Of a stretch of DNA of 64,000 nt, positions 53,067 through 64,000 are shown one piece after another. How positions within the stretch are numbered: the stretch's first letter is position 1; every line of letters starts with the position of its first letter. The notes beneath the pieces were generated by a model that worked only from the letters and a program-made list of their open reading frames with translations, ran no database searches and was not told where the DNA came from. Origin of the DNA: Podarcis vaucheri (lineage: Eukaryota); assembly GCA_965113315.1 (NCBI GenBank), contig OZ220372.1. One strand, written 5' to 3'. The position numbers and the translations under genes are program-made.

Positions 53067-53793
53067 TAGCTCCAATTCAGTCCTGATCAGTACACAACAC
53101 AAAACACACAGGAAAATGTTATGCACCAGAAATGGGGTTCTCAGAGGCGCATTACACCAGCTGTTCCTTCATCTTTAGAAAGAGCTGTCCTCGCAATACT
53201 TAGTACCAAAAAAACCCCCCACCACCATTTCTGACTCTGCTACCCCCTTCTCTTGCCACCTATTTACACACTAGTGTTAATCCAGAATATGTAGCTTCAC
53301 AGTACCTTATACAGTGGTACATCGGGTTAAGTACTTAATTCGTTCCAGAGGTCCCTTCTTAACCTGAAATTGTTCTTAACCTGAAGCACCACTTTAGCTA
53401 ATGGGGCCTCCTGCTGCTGCCGCTCCGCCAGAGCCCGATTACTGTTCTCATCCTGAAGCAAAGTTCTTAACCTGAAGCACTATTCATGGTTTAGCGGAGT
53501 CTGTAACCTGAAGCATCTGTAACCTGAAGCGTATGTAACCTGAGGTACCACTGTAGCTCCAATTCAGTCCTGATCAGTACATAACACAAAACACACAGCA
53601 AAATGTTATGCACCAGAAATGAGGTTCTCAGAGGCGCATTACACCAGCTGTTCCTTCATCTTTAGAAAGAGCTGTCCTCACAACACTTAGTACCAAAACC
53701 CCCCAAACATTTCTGACTCTGCTACCCCCTTCTCTTGCCACCTATTTACACACTAGTGTTGATTCAGAATATGTAGCTTGATAGTACCTTGTA
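53067..53793 (+). repeat. Direct duplication of ~245 bp (53067-53311 and 53554-53793) separated by a MITE
   Basis: The two copies align end to end with scattered substitutions and small indels. Confidence 0.93.
53312..53553. mobile_element. Tc1/mariner-type MITE, family A
   Basis: TIRs, with TA on both sides. Confidence 0.9.
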
Positions 53794-53862
53794 TGTTAAA
53801 CTATTTCCACGGGCCTCTCTCAATTAAAAGGCTCTGACCCTGCTAAGGAGTGGGCACCCCAG

Positions 53863-54003
53863 CAGTGGCGTAGCGTGGGGGGTGCAGGGGGGCCGACTGG
53901 GCGCAACATCTGGGGGTTAGGGTTAGGGGGCGCAAATCCATGGGTTAGGGGGCACAAATTACTTGCCTTGTCCCGGGTGCTGACAACCCACGCTACGCCA
54001 CTG
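53863..54003. mobile_element. hAT-like MITE
   Basis: Perfect TIR CAGTGGCGTAGCGTGGG / CCCACGCTACGCCACTG and perfect 8-bp TSD CACCCCAG. Confidence 0.9.
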
Positions 54004-54429
54004 CACCCCAGGCAACACCGCAAGTCAACAGTTCTAACATTTCTTATCCGCTTCAAATATTATGCCAAACGAGTTACGCTCGAGGTGGTCATCGCCCCTT
54101 GGGTGGAAGAGAGCCCCACTCACGGAAGCAAAGGAGAGCAGAAAGCAAGAGGCCGCCAGTCGGCTGTGTTTATTTATATCTTTTAGGATCATTTTTCATC
54201 CTGCATGGGTAGAGCTGGGGCCTGCTACAACCAGCGCTGCTATAAATAAGCCTTTACGGCAACACTCGGGGTACTTGGCTGTTTCCACCCGATCTGGACT
54301 GGTGACTGGTTGCACCACAGAACCTGAGTTTCCATCCCGAGTTATTGGACGGTGTGAGGGGAGAGAAAAGAGAGAGAAGAATCTCACCATTAGCTCGGGT
54401 TGGGGTCGGAGAGAAAGAATAACTCTCAA

Positions 54430-56200
54430 GCCCCGTTACCCTTTTCAGGTCGTCATTATCCGAGGAGCGAGTTTCACGTCCCACTCCAAATACTGTATAC
54501 TAAACTCCCCTTCTGCTCCTCCACCGCCGATGCCCTCAGAGAAGGAAGCGCCACTGCGCAGGCGCAAGTGAAAGCGATGGAAAACCCTCTCCTCCCGCCG
54601 CCCCCCCCCCACCGGCGCCCCGATCCTAAACAGCCCCAAATTCATTAACCCAACGGAGCTCCTGCAGCTACAGCCGCGAAACTGGAACGAGAGAGGTATC
54701 CCCAGGAACCATCATTACCTCAACACACATGTTATTATGATAATAATACTAACAACAATGACACCCTCGGAGCTGAGAGACAGCTGGAGGGGCCCGAAGG
54801 AGCCGTTCGACCCTCTGAGAGGATTTGCGGCGTCTTCTGAGAGGAGAGCGAAGAGGCCTCGCCGTTCACCCGCTCCAGCAGCCTCGCAGAAGCGCGCAGC
54901 GGGCCCCCGAGGCCTGCCTCGCCACTCACCTACGAGGAGCCGCAGCCGTCGCCTCTTCGCCCGCAGCGGTGCACACGGAGAGCCCACCTCCTTTCCACGG
55001 GCGCTGCTGCGGGAGCCGCTTTTCCCGCCCGTTTTACCCGCCGGGGAAATCCAGCCGCCAGATACAGAGATCAAAACAAATGGCGGGGGGAGGGGGGGTC
55101 AACCGCCACCAAAAAATAAACTTTCCTCGTCGCCGCCGTCTCACTCCCTGGAGGAGCACGAACCCAAACACATCGGGACCCGCCCTCAATGGCCGCCCAT
55201 TGGCTAGCACCGCAATAATGTTAACACTGATTGGCGAAGTTACCTGGCCGTCTCAAGGCGACCTGCCCCCTTTTCCATCCCCCCTCCTCATTTCCCATTG
55301 GGCGACTCTTCAACCATCTCAAGATGCATTAGTCACAGTGGCTGCATATCAAGCAAAGCTCCGCCTCATAAGTTTATGATAATAATTGGACAGCGTGAAA
55401 GCCACCCGACTCCTTATTGGTGAAACCAGCTACCTATGCTGTTTTAACTTGCACTCCTCTGCTTTCTCCGCCCTAGCTTTTTTCCAATTGGACAAAACCA
55501 CAGCTCGTCTGGTCAAGTCACGTATTTGTCCCACCCATATTGTTCCTTACTGCAAGGCTATTGGCTACATATTTCGTCATTACAGCCGGCCAATCATGGC
55601 CACCGAATTCGCATCGCCGTAAAAACGGAGCCGAAAATAATAATAAATATTTCAAAGCGCGTGCGCTTGGTCTTCGCTCCTGAAGATGTCAATCAATCTT
55701 AAACCGGCTAATCGCAGATCGCGAAGCCTTCGGTACAGCCGAGTCGCGTACCTCTCTGGCCTCAAGACTGGAAACGTCATTGGTCGCCTAGTGACCAGCT
55801 TGACGGGGGTGGGGCTAATTTCTCAGAAGGCGATATGCGATTGGGTAATAGGCCACGGTCCCTCAGATTGCCAAAATCAGCCCCCGCCGCCTTATAAATT
55901 AGGGGGTGGGTGTTTAGAGGCAAATACTGTAATAACAAGCCAGGTTTGCGCAGCCGCAGTGCCCGGCGCTGTGCGCAGTTGGAGTACCACGTGAGTCCTT
56001 GAGGCTGGTGTTCGCACGTGGCCTTGGGCTGCCTCCACGTGACGGTGACAGCCGGCGTCCATTTGGGTGAAGGTGACGCGCTGCCTTTCTGCGGATCTCT
56101 GAGGCGCCTCAGCCCGTTTGGTCCTTTCAATCCCCGTATCCAACCGTGGAGCTCTCCCTTGGCACGGGGATGACTAACTACGTGCCGGTCACCCTCTCCA
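54430..56200. promoter_or_regulatory. CpG-island promoter, probably bidirectional
   Basis: High CpG density; about 10 CCAAT/ATTGG sites at 55199-55844; NRF1-like TGCGCAGGCGCA 54555-54566; GC boxes; TTTCAAA at 55650; TATAAA at 55893. Confidence 0.85.
54719..55100 (-). other. TNRC6B: TNRC6B distal first exon (5' boundary approximate), ending ATG TGT GTT GAG|gtaatg
   Basis: Inside the CpG island, downstream of a CCAAT cluster. YY1-like CCGCCATTT at ~55078-55086; donor at 54719/54718. Confidence 0.72.
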
Positions 56201-57763
56201 TAGGACAGCCTCACTTAGTGCAGTACTTAGTCCTGCCAAACTAGCACATAACCTGCAGCGACAACAATTAAGAATGCTGAACGATGATGGGAGAGGAAGT
56301 AAAATTCCTCGTGATATTTTAATTTGTAATTATTTATTCAACATTTGTCACTAAACAACTCTACTGTGGTTTTACATAAACCAGCCAAATATACGATCAA
56401 TCACACCTCAGTGTCCGAAACCGGCCTGGTTTATTAACTACATTTTTATCTTGCCTTTCCTCAAGTTAGCTGAAGGCCACGTGTGGTTCTTCCCTCATTT
56501 TTTTATCCTGGTAGCAACCTGGGAGGAAGGTTCCACTAATCGGTTATGACTCTCAATAAATCACTCCAATTTTAGTTTGACACACAAACCACTGCACACT
56601 TGCTTGTATATTATTATTTTATTAACCATCAAAGTATGCGACACTTTATGGAGAACCAAGATGACAGGCAGGAGTGCTGCCATAAAGTTGGGTTGTTGTT
56701 TTTTCTGAAAGGGCAGTAAAGCACCGAAAGGAAGCATGTTATTTTCTCTGAGAATAGAATAGTGCCTGTATGTTTTGTTCATATGTCAAGTGCTTCAAAT
56801 GCAAGAAACTTCCTCTTTAAAAAGCTGGGCGTTGTGGTTGTGGGGGCAACCCCCACCCATGGCCAATGGCTCCTTACAATAACAATTTCTCTTCCCAGTG
56901 GGCTCACAATTTAATTTGGGTGAGCAGACTTCAGATTTGCAGGATCTACTTCATGTGTGTGCTTGTTTTACTGGAACCCCCAAGTTCCGCCAACCAGAGG
57001 CTAAACTCATAAATTAGAATAAAAGAATTCCCATGAATATCTTTTTAAATATCAGAAGTGAATGGAACTTCAAGTGCTGCCACATTAAAATCTATCCATG
57101 GTTACCCCCAAGCATTCTTCACTTTAGCAGTGCTATTAAAGGGGGGTGCATGTCATTTCTTGCTTTTATTATTAAACCACTGGTTTAATCTTCTGAAAAT
57201 CAACCAAACTTCCGAAAACTCAACCCAGATCTATATTCTGCCCACTCCTGATCTAAACGTCACAGCTCCAGTGCTTCATGGTACTACCATGGAAAAAAAG
57301 ATAAGAAAAAGAGGTCCTCTTGATTATTGTATAGCATCCCTCCTGCCCTAAAATTGAATGAAGTTCACTTAGAGGGGAGCTATGGGGCTTCAGATTTATT
57401 CAAATATATTTCTGGAACAAAGAAATGTTTGAAAGCATGCATAGGGCACTCGGGATGCCAGCTGAATTGTCATAACGAACACCTGGAGAATAAACAAAAC
57501 ACAGGGTAATTACTAGATACCAGTAGAGCTGGAGCTTCCTTTTCCCTTTTGAGATCCTATTGAACATTGTTGGCACTCATTAATTAATGTATCATTCATT
57601 TGCTCTGCTAAAGGACCTGGCATTTCTATGACATTTTCCTTTTCATTGTTGGTGGCAGACATTAGTCAATTTATATCTAACATGCTGTAAAAAGTCCCTG
57701 GTTGTATATATTTATTTTTTCCATGTTTTTAATAAACAATCTTGCATACATTTTAATATTACA

Positions 57764-58120
57764 GCCTTGGCCCAGTATACCTGAAAGAGCATCTCCACCC
57801 CCATCGTTCAGCCCGGACACTGAGGTCCAGCGCCGAGGGCCTTCTGGCGGTTCCCTCACTGCGAGAAGCAAAGCTACAGGGAACCAGGCAGAGGGCCTTC
57901 TCGGTAGTGGCGCCCGCCCTGTGGAACGCCCTTCCAGCAGATGTCAAAGCGATAAACAACTACCTGACATTCAGAAGACATCTGAAGGCAGCCCTGTTCA
58001 GGGAAGTTTTTAATGTGTGACATTTTAATGTATTTTTAATCTTTGTTGGAAGCCGCCCAGAGTGGCTGGGGAAACCTAGCCCGGTGGGCGGGGTACAAAT
58101 AATAAATTATTATTATTATA
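57764..58120 (+). mobile_element. L2-like LINE 3' end, relatively young
   Basis: GPVYLKEHL...RAFSVVAPALWNALP...FRRHLKAALF-type ORF2 end, CpGs retained, (TAT)n tail. Confidence 0.82.
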
Positions 58121-58629
58121 TTATGTGTCATAGTTATTTTCCCCCTTCATAATTTTATTCCAAGAAAGAAAGAAAGAAAAAGCTCATCGCCAAATGATTA
58201 AATAAATAATAATAATACTGCAAGGGGCAGTTCCACAGGTGATACTTCTCTCCACACACACTTTCAGAACAGGAAGCTCTGTGTCAACAGCTCTGTGAGC
58301 AAAAGCTGGTGGAGTTCTTCAAGGGTGGACCACCCTATGCCCCTGGTGTTATGGTTTGGGGATGTGGATTGTGCTGCATCCCCTTCTGGGCAACATTCAC
58401 AGCAGCATTTACCCATGGTAGGAGAGGCTAGAGGCAAAAGTGGGCAGAGTATTGAATGCAGAGTTTACCTTCTTACAGTAGACTAATGTGTACACACACA
58501 CCTCTCCTATCCTCCAGACAGACAGACAAGCAAGGAGCATTATCAGAGTTGAAGGACATAGTCCAGGCAGGCTAAAGCATTTATGTGAAGCAGGGCCAGT
58601 GAGGAGGGAGATCTGGGGAGTTTGTATGT

Positions 58630-58630
58630 A

Positions 58631-58682
<52 letters not shown>
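58630..58682. repeat. (TG)n(AG)n compound microsatellite
   Basis: Seen directly. Confidence 0.95.
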
Positions 58683-58690
<8 letters not shown>

Positions 58691-58805
58691 TGGAGAGAGT
58701 TCTGAGGGTCAGATACATTCACAGTGGCAGGAAGAATTAGGCTGGACTCATCAGCTTGGCTCTAGTTTGTAAGAAAAATGCTCTGAGAAAAGCAAAGCAT
58801 TAGGG

Positions 58806-59408
58806 CAGAGGTTTTCAACCTTTTTGAGTCCATGGCTCCCTTGACCACCACATTCTATAGCCCCCACTGTGGAAAAACACGCTCCAAGCCTCAGAAGCCC
58901 AGTTATGTTACCCCTTGCCTGCAGAGCTGGCAGCCCCACTCCTCCCTGTGTTCCCACAGCTTCCTCTTCTCTCCCCTCTCCTTGGGAGCCCTCCAGGAAG
59001 CCGCCATAGCCACCCCTAGTCCCTGAAACCCCCCAATAACTGCTTCCTCATGCCGTCCCACAGAGGGCTTGGAAGAGGATGCCCCAGCCTTAGCAACCCG
59101 AAGGAGACTGGCCGAAGGTGAACCTGACGCCACCATGTTACTCACCTTGGGAGGCAGCAGTGGGCGCCATGGGCCTACATGGTAGAAATGGGAGCCTGGC
59201 CAGCCCCAGAGGTACCATTTGCTTGGGGAGCTTGTAACCAGGGCTGCTGCCAAAAACAGTTATGCAAGCCTTTGGGAGGCAGAAACGCAAGAGGGCATCA
59301 GAAGAAGGAGGGAAGGAAAGAGGGGTGGAGGCCAGTGTTGCCTGTGGCACCCCTGACCATAATTCAAGGCACCCCAGGGTGCCACAGCACACTAGTTGAA
59401 AACCACTG
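58806..59408. mobile_element. hAT-like non-autonomous element, family C
   Basis: TIR CAGAGGTTTTCAAC / GTTGAAAACCACTG; TSD cattaggg/ggttaggg. Confidence 0.78.
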
Positions 59409-60347
59409 GGTTAGGGAGAAACTGTTGTGGGCACCACACATAGCCAACAACCAATTATATGGGCTAAAACAGAGTGCTTCGTTCAAGCATAATACCTGCA
59501 AAGGAAGGTGACCTGAAGTCACCAGGGAAGGCCTCTGTGGGTGTATGTGTAGCCACATTGGCAACCTATGTATTGGTTCATTTATAGTAACTTTATTTTT
59601 AAAACTTCTGTGGTGCTAGTGTTAATTGTGCCTGCTTTTCCTCTATTCTGAAACACCCTAACCATACCCATGTGCAGTACAAGCCAGTTTCTCAGATCAC
59701 AACCCATTGCAATATTTGAATACTGTTCAGTGCAATGGAACAGAGGTGTATACTGCTCAACTTTGATGATTTCCGATTTCACATATGAGAGTTTAGTGCA
59801 CTATCCAACGGAAGAAAAATAAAAATATGGTCTTCCTACTGATTAAGGTATGAATAGATTTGAGGCTCACATTTTTAAAAAATATCTACAGAAATCTTCA
59901 AAAAAGGAAGGAGAAATATAATTTTGTCATAAGCTGAAAAGTCATGTGGTAGTTTATTTATAGAAAATATTTATATATCTCCAAATCATTAAAAAATTCA
60001 GAGTGGTTTACAACAGTTGTACATAAAACCATAAATTAAAAATAACCAGAGGCAGATTTAGGGCAGCCAATTGATTCTGCCACACTAGGCGCAGAGCTTA
60101 GGGGGTGCCGTAGGATGTCTCATTTATGATGTAGTGAATTGAGGAGAATAGAAGGTGAAGGGCATGACAAATTTTGGCTTTGCACAGGGCGCCGCTAAAA
60201 TTTGAAAGACCAAAGTCTGCCCTTGAAATCATATTTAAAGTTTAAATCAGAAATCAGGTAATTATTGTGGAAAGATGTATTCTTAATTGCCTATGTAAGT
60301 CTGAACATGTCCCCACTCCCAATGTTGTTTCATTAACTTTGCTGTTA

Positions 60348-60540
60348 AAGGTAAAGGGACCCCTGACAATTAAGTCCAGTCGCGAACGACTCTGGGGTTG
60401 CGGAGCTCATCTCGCTTTAAATGCCGAGGAAGCCGGTGTTTGTCCGCTTCCGCAGACAGTTTTTCCGGGTCATGTGGCCAGCATGACTATCACAAGCCCA
60501 TGTGGCACAGTGGTTTAACCCACAGCGCCACCCGCGTCCC
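60348..60540 (-). mobile_element. Sauria SINE with internal deletion
   Basis: Tail AAAGGTAAAGGG and head cacagcgccacccgcgtccc both present; TSD TTTGCTGTTA. Confidence 0.85.
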
Positions 60541-62633
60541 ATTTGCTGTTACTTTTAGTTAAAAGTGAAGAAAATGCATTGCCTCCTTTAGCCACTGTGT
60601 GTCACTATTATACTAGTACTGTAGATAGTTGTTCCATTAGGCAACTAATTACTACTGAATTCACTGGAGATTACTTATAAGTAGACATGTCCAAGACTGC
60701 ACCATGAGTCTGTTCAGTGTGCTCATTTTATTTATTTACTAGCATTTAAAAACCACTTAAGATTTTGAACATTCATTTTCTAAACTGCTTAGTATTTTAA
60801 AAATAATTTCTTACAGCACCTGTCAACAATGCCATTCTTCAGTCTACGTAAGACAAACAAGTAATTCCGTACAAAAGAAGAATGGACACAAGTCAAACAA
60901 AGTCCACAATTAAAGGATAATGTTTCAGTTTCCCACCTCTTTTCAGGATTCAGTTTCAGTTTCTTGTCCCACATCCAGCCCACCGCTGCCTGCAAACACT
61001 GGTCTAGCACCTCTTCCGATTCAGAGGGAACAAAGAGGTTTCCGCTACTGTTGGGGTGTGTGTGTGTTGTTATTTTAATGTAATTTGTATTTGTTTTTTA
61101 ATTTTGTTTTTTTTATAACTCTCCCTGGGACCTTTTGGTGAAAAGTTGGCTAGACATACAAGTAATACATCCATAAATTGGCATCATCCACACAGTGGCA
61201 TGTCTTTAAATTCCATGCTTTGGGAAAGACAGAAAAATCATTCTCATACCACAAGCTGTAATGGCTGAAGGATTCAAAGACTGCTGAAAGACAGAAATGA
61301 GGGGCAATGAGATGGGGAATATCTACATGCCAGCGGCTCTTAGGATAAATTGGCATGGGGGGGGGTTGAGGTCTCAGACCTACCTATGGATCTCTTTCCT
61401 TGTGGAGCCAACGCCTCCTCTGCTCCCTGTCTCAGAAGAATTAATTGAAGGGTGGGATATTAATACCCTAAATAAATAAATTCATCTCACTACTAATTAA
61501 CTATGCTATAGAGTTCCTAAACATCAGTGATAAGAATGCAGGGGAAAAGATGCTTCCCTATCAGAGAGTGTTATTTATATACAAATTTGAGCCCTGTTCC
61601 AAGTTATGGCCCCTGCAACAAGAAAATGCATGTACCTTTTGTATGAGAGAGAAAATATGCTCCCATGCTCCCATGTATGAAACTGCATGTTATCTTTATT
61701 CAAGAACTTTATGTAAGTCCATTTAAAAATAGAAAGCAAGAATATATTTTGGCCAAACTTCGCCATTTAAAGTTTGGAAAAGTCCAGGAAAAAATATCCA
61801 GCCTTTCTTCCTAGAAATCCTGTGATTTGTTGAAGTGCTCCTTAGCCTGGATTCATTTCCCTTGCTCTGCATTTATTAGTGTGCTCCTATCTTGAAGACA
61901 TAAAAAGCAGACACTTTGGTAAGCTGAAGGAGGGAAATAGTCATTTTCTTTCACTGCTTCAGCTATCAGAGCTTCTACATACCGAGTAATTCAGTCAATG
62001 TTATTTGTAACTTTCTGACAGGGCAAGAGAGCAGGGAATAGACTTCTGAGAAATACAAATGGTTGAATCATTTACAGATTGGCAGAAAATGTACTGAGGA
62101 GAATAATGGCACTGGGGAAAAGTAATGGACAAGATGACCTCCATGCTTTCCCCCTCTGCTATGATTGTTGCAGTTATCCCTCAGCGCACTAAGGCACAGC
62201 CATCTTCCCATTCTTTCAAGCAGCAGTACAATGTCGGCAATGTCCATGCTGAATCAGAACTGATCTTTCTGTACAAATGCAGCATACTTAGCAAGACAGC
62301 TAAGAGTGATCACATTTTAAGACTTGCTCTCCCCCCCCCCCCAACCTCTGCCTTTCAATTGCAAGTGCTCAGTGCAAGTATTGTTGGCAGATGGAGAGAG
62401 TTCCTGGCAGGTTAGAGATAACAAAGTGCTTGTTTCTCTTGAATTCAAGAGCGTGTCAAATATTTTAACAGCTAAGCCAATATTTTTTGAAGACTGGGCA
62501 ATTTTCTTGTCAAACGTATAGGAAAGTACATATTCCCTCCATGAAGATAAAAATCTCTATTCATGTAGAAAGCCTCAAATAAGTCTCTCCCCCCACAAAA
62601 GCTTGCCTATCCTTTTTGATGGTAGCCCTAGGA

Positions 62634-62957
62634 CATGGATAGGGAACCTAAGGCCCTTGGGCCAGATGCGGCCCACTCACCTTCTAAATCCGGCCCGTGG
62701 ACGGTCTGGGAATCAGAGGTTTTTACATGAGTAGAATGTGTCCTTTTATTTAAAATGCATCTCTGGGTTATTTGTGGGCCCCGCCTGGTGTTTTTACATG
62801 AGTAGAATGTGTGCTTTTATTTAAAATTCATCTCTGGGTTATTTGTGGGGCATAGGAATTCATTCATTCCCCCCCCCAAAAAAAATATAGTCCGGCCCCC
62901 CAAAAGGTCTGAGGGACAGTGGACCGGCCCCCTGATGAAAAAGTTTGCTGACCCCTG
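62634..62957. mobile_element. hAT-type MITE, family B
   Basis: Homologous to 14739-15051; TSD ccctagga / c(a)cctagga. Confidence 0.85.
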
Positions 62958-64000
62958 CACCTAGGACAATTTCAGGCAGGTCCCAGTGCTGTAAAAATTG
63001 TTGTATTTTGCCTGGAGATCTTCGGATAAGAAGTAAATAGGTCTAAATACTAATAATGAATGCCTTTGGGCATGTGCAGATTACTTCCCTAGAGAGGGTG
63101 GTGGTCTTCAATGGCCATTTCTTTTATTTTAAATAACCTCTATGTTGCACTCTCATTTTACATCCTCTTCTCTGAAAAGCAGAAAGATAAAACAGCGCTA
63201 AAAATTATCCCGGCAATTAAGGCAGGCTAAACAAGTAGTAAGGGCACCTTTCTATAATATGTACTTCCTTAGTAATGTGAAATTCCCTTTATTATCTCCC
63301 CCTGTATCTTAGTTTTGTTTTCCTTGTGATTAAAGGTTGATGGTAAAAAAAAAAGTCAGTGCAGAGCAGCCTTACTATTGTCCACAATGGCAGTCATATG
63401 GGGTGTGGTGCATGAGGGCCCACAATCTTGAGGCCTCCTCCCAAACTCAAAAATCTTATTAAATTATAATATACAATAATCTTGACTTATGTGGTAGTTA
63501 TATAATTATTTTGGTTTTGGTTTTTTCTTTCGTAGAAATGTGCCGTGTCAATTAGTATTATGTATAATGAAGTATGGATACTTAACTTTAGTCAGTTTAA
63601 TGAGTTGCTAATCCCCAGCCACTGCCTGGCCTCTCGAGAGCTTCCCTCGAGGGCTGATGCCCTTCCTTGATTTCTTTGTAAGCAGAGCTGTGTATTGCTC
63701 ACCAAAATACCGATCTTTCAAGAGGTGCCCCACTTGTTCGGCCGTAATCCATTACAAAATTAGAGAGAGAGAGAATTGGTCACATTCAGTTAGATGACAC
63801 CATGCCAATAAACACAAGGCTACTTAAAACAGTTTTGAATTTATTTGTTGTATAAAATGCATTTGTTATGACAATAAGGCACATGTACACACCAAACAAG
63901 TATGTTTACGCACAACAATATGGCATATTGTCAAAAGGCTGCCCACCAAACCTGGGTCTGCTGTTGCCAGCAACAGCCAGTGTAGACTATTCTAGTCTGT

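Noticed and set aside
54062-55379. Long ORFs (119-184 aa) on both strands in the CpG island
   Set aside because: GC-rich sequence depleted of stop codons; no recognisable domain.

Overview
Vertebrate genomic DNA, most likely a squamate reptile (probably a lacertid lizard, inferred from Sauria SINEs and the CR1/L2/BovB and MITE repertoire). The window holds the 5' half of TNRC6B (GW182 family, miRNA-silencing scaffold) on the minus strand. A distal CpG-island promoter (~54.4-56.2 kb) feeds exons at 54719+, 48202-48274, 47283-47372 and 38662-38729 (MQTDEG... isoform). An internal promoter/first exon at ~28835-29100 gives the MREKEQ... isoform. Shared coding exons lie at 9663-9750, 2778-2799 and 2193-2540; the large GW-repeat exon should lie beyond the window start. 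The rest is intronic/intergenic DNA rich in transposons. I see no wholly new multi-gene system. The best leads are: (1) splicing that switches an upstream AUG between N-terminal extension and overlapping uORF in the distal leader; (2) a stop/start-overlapping uORF at the internal start; (3) a candidate third first/poison exon (MQ|VTDQKTK); (4) a ~245-bp duplication bracketing a Tc1/mariner MITE; (5) a codon-aligned 180-nt N block; (6) a candidate divergent spliced transcript. Comparisons to human TNRC6B are from memory and need alignment.
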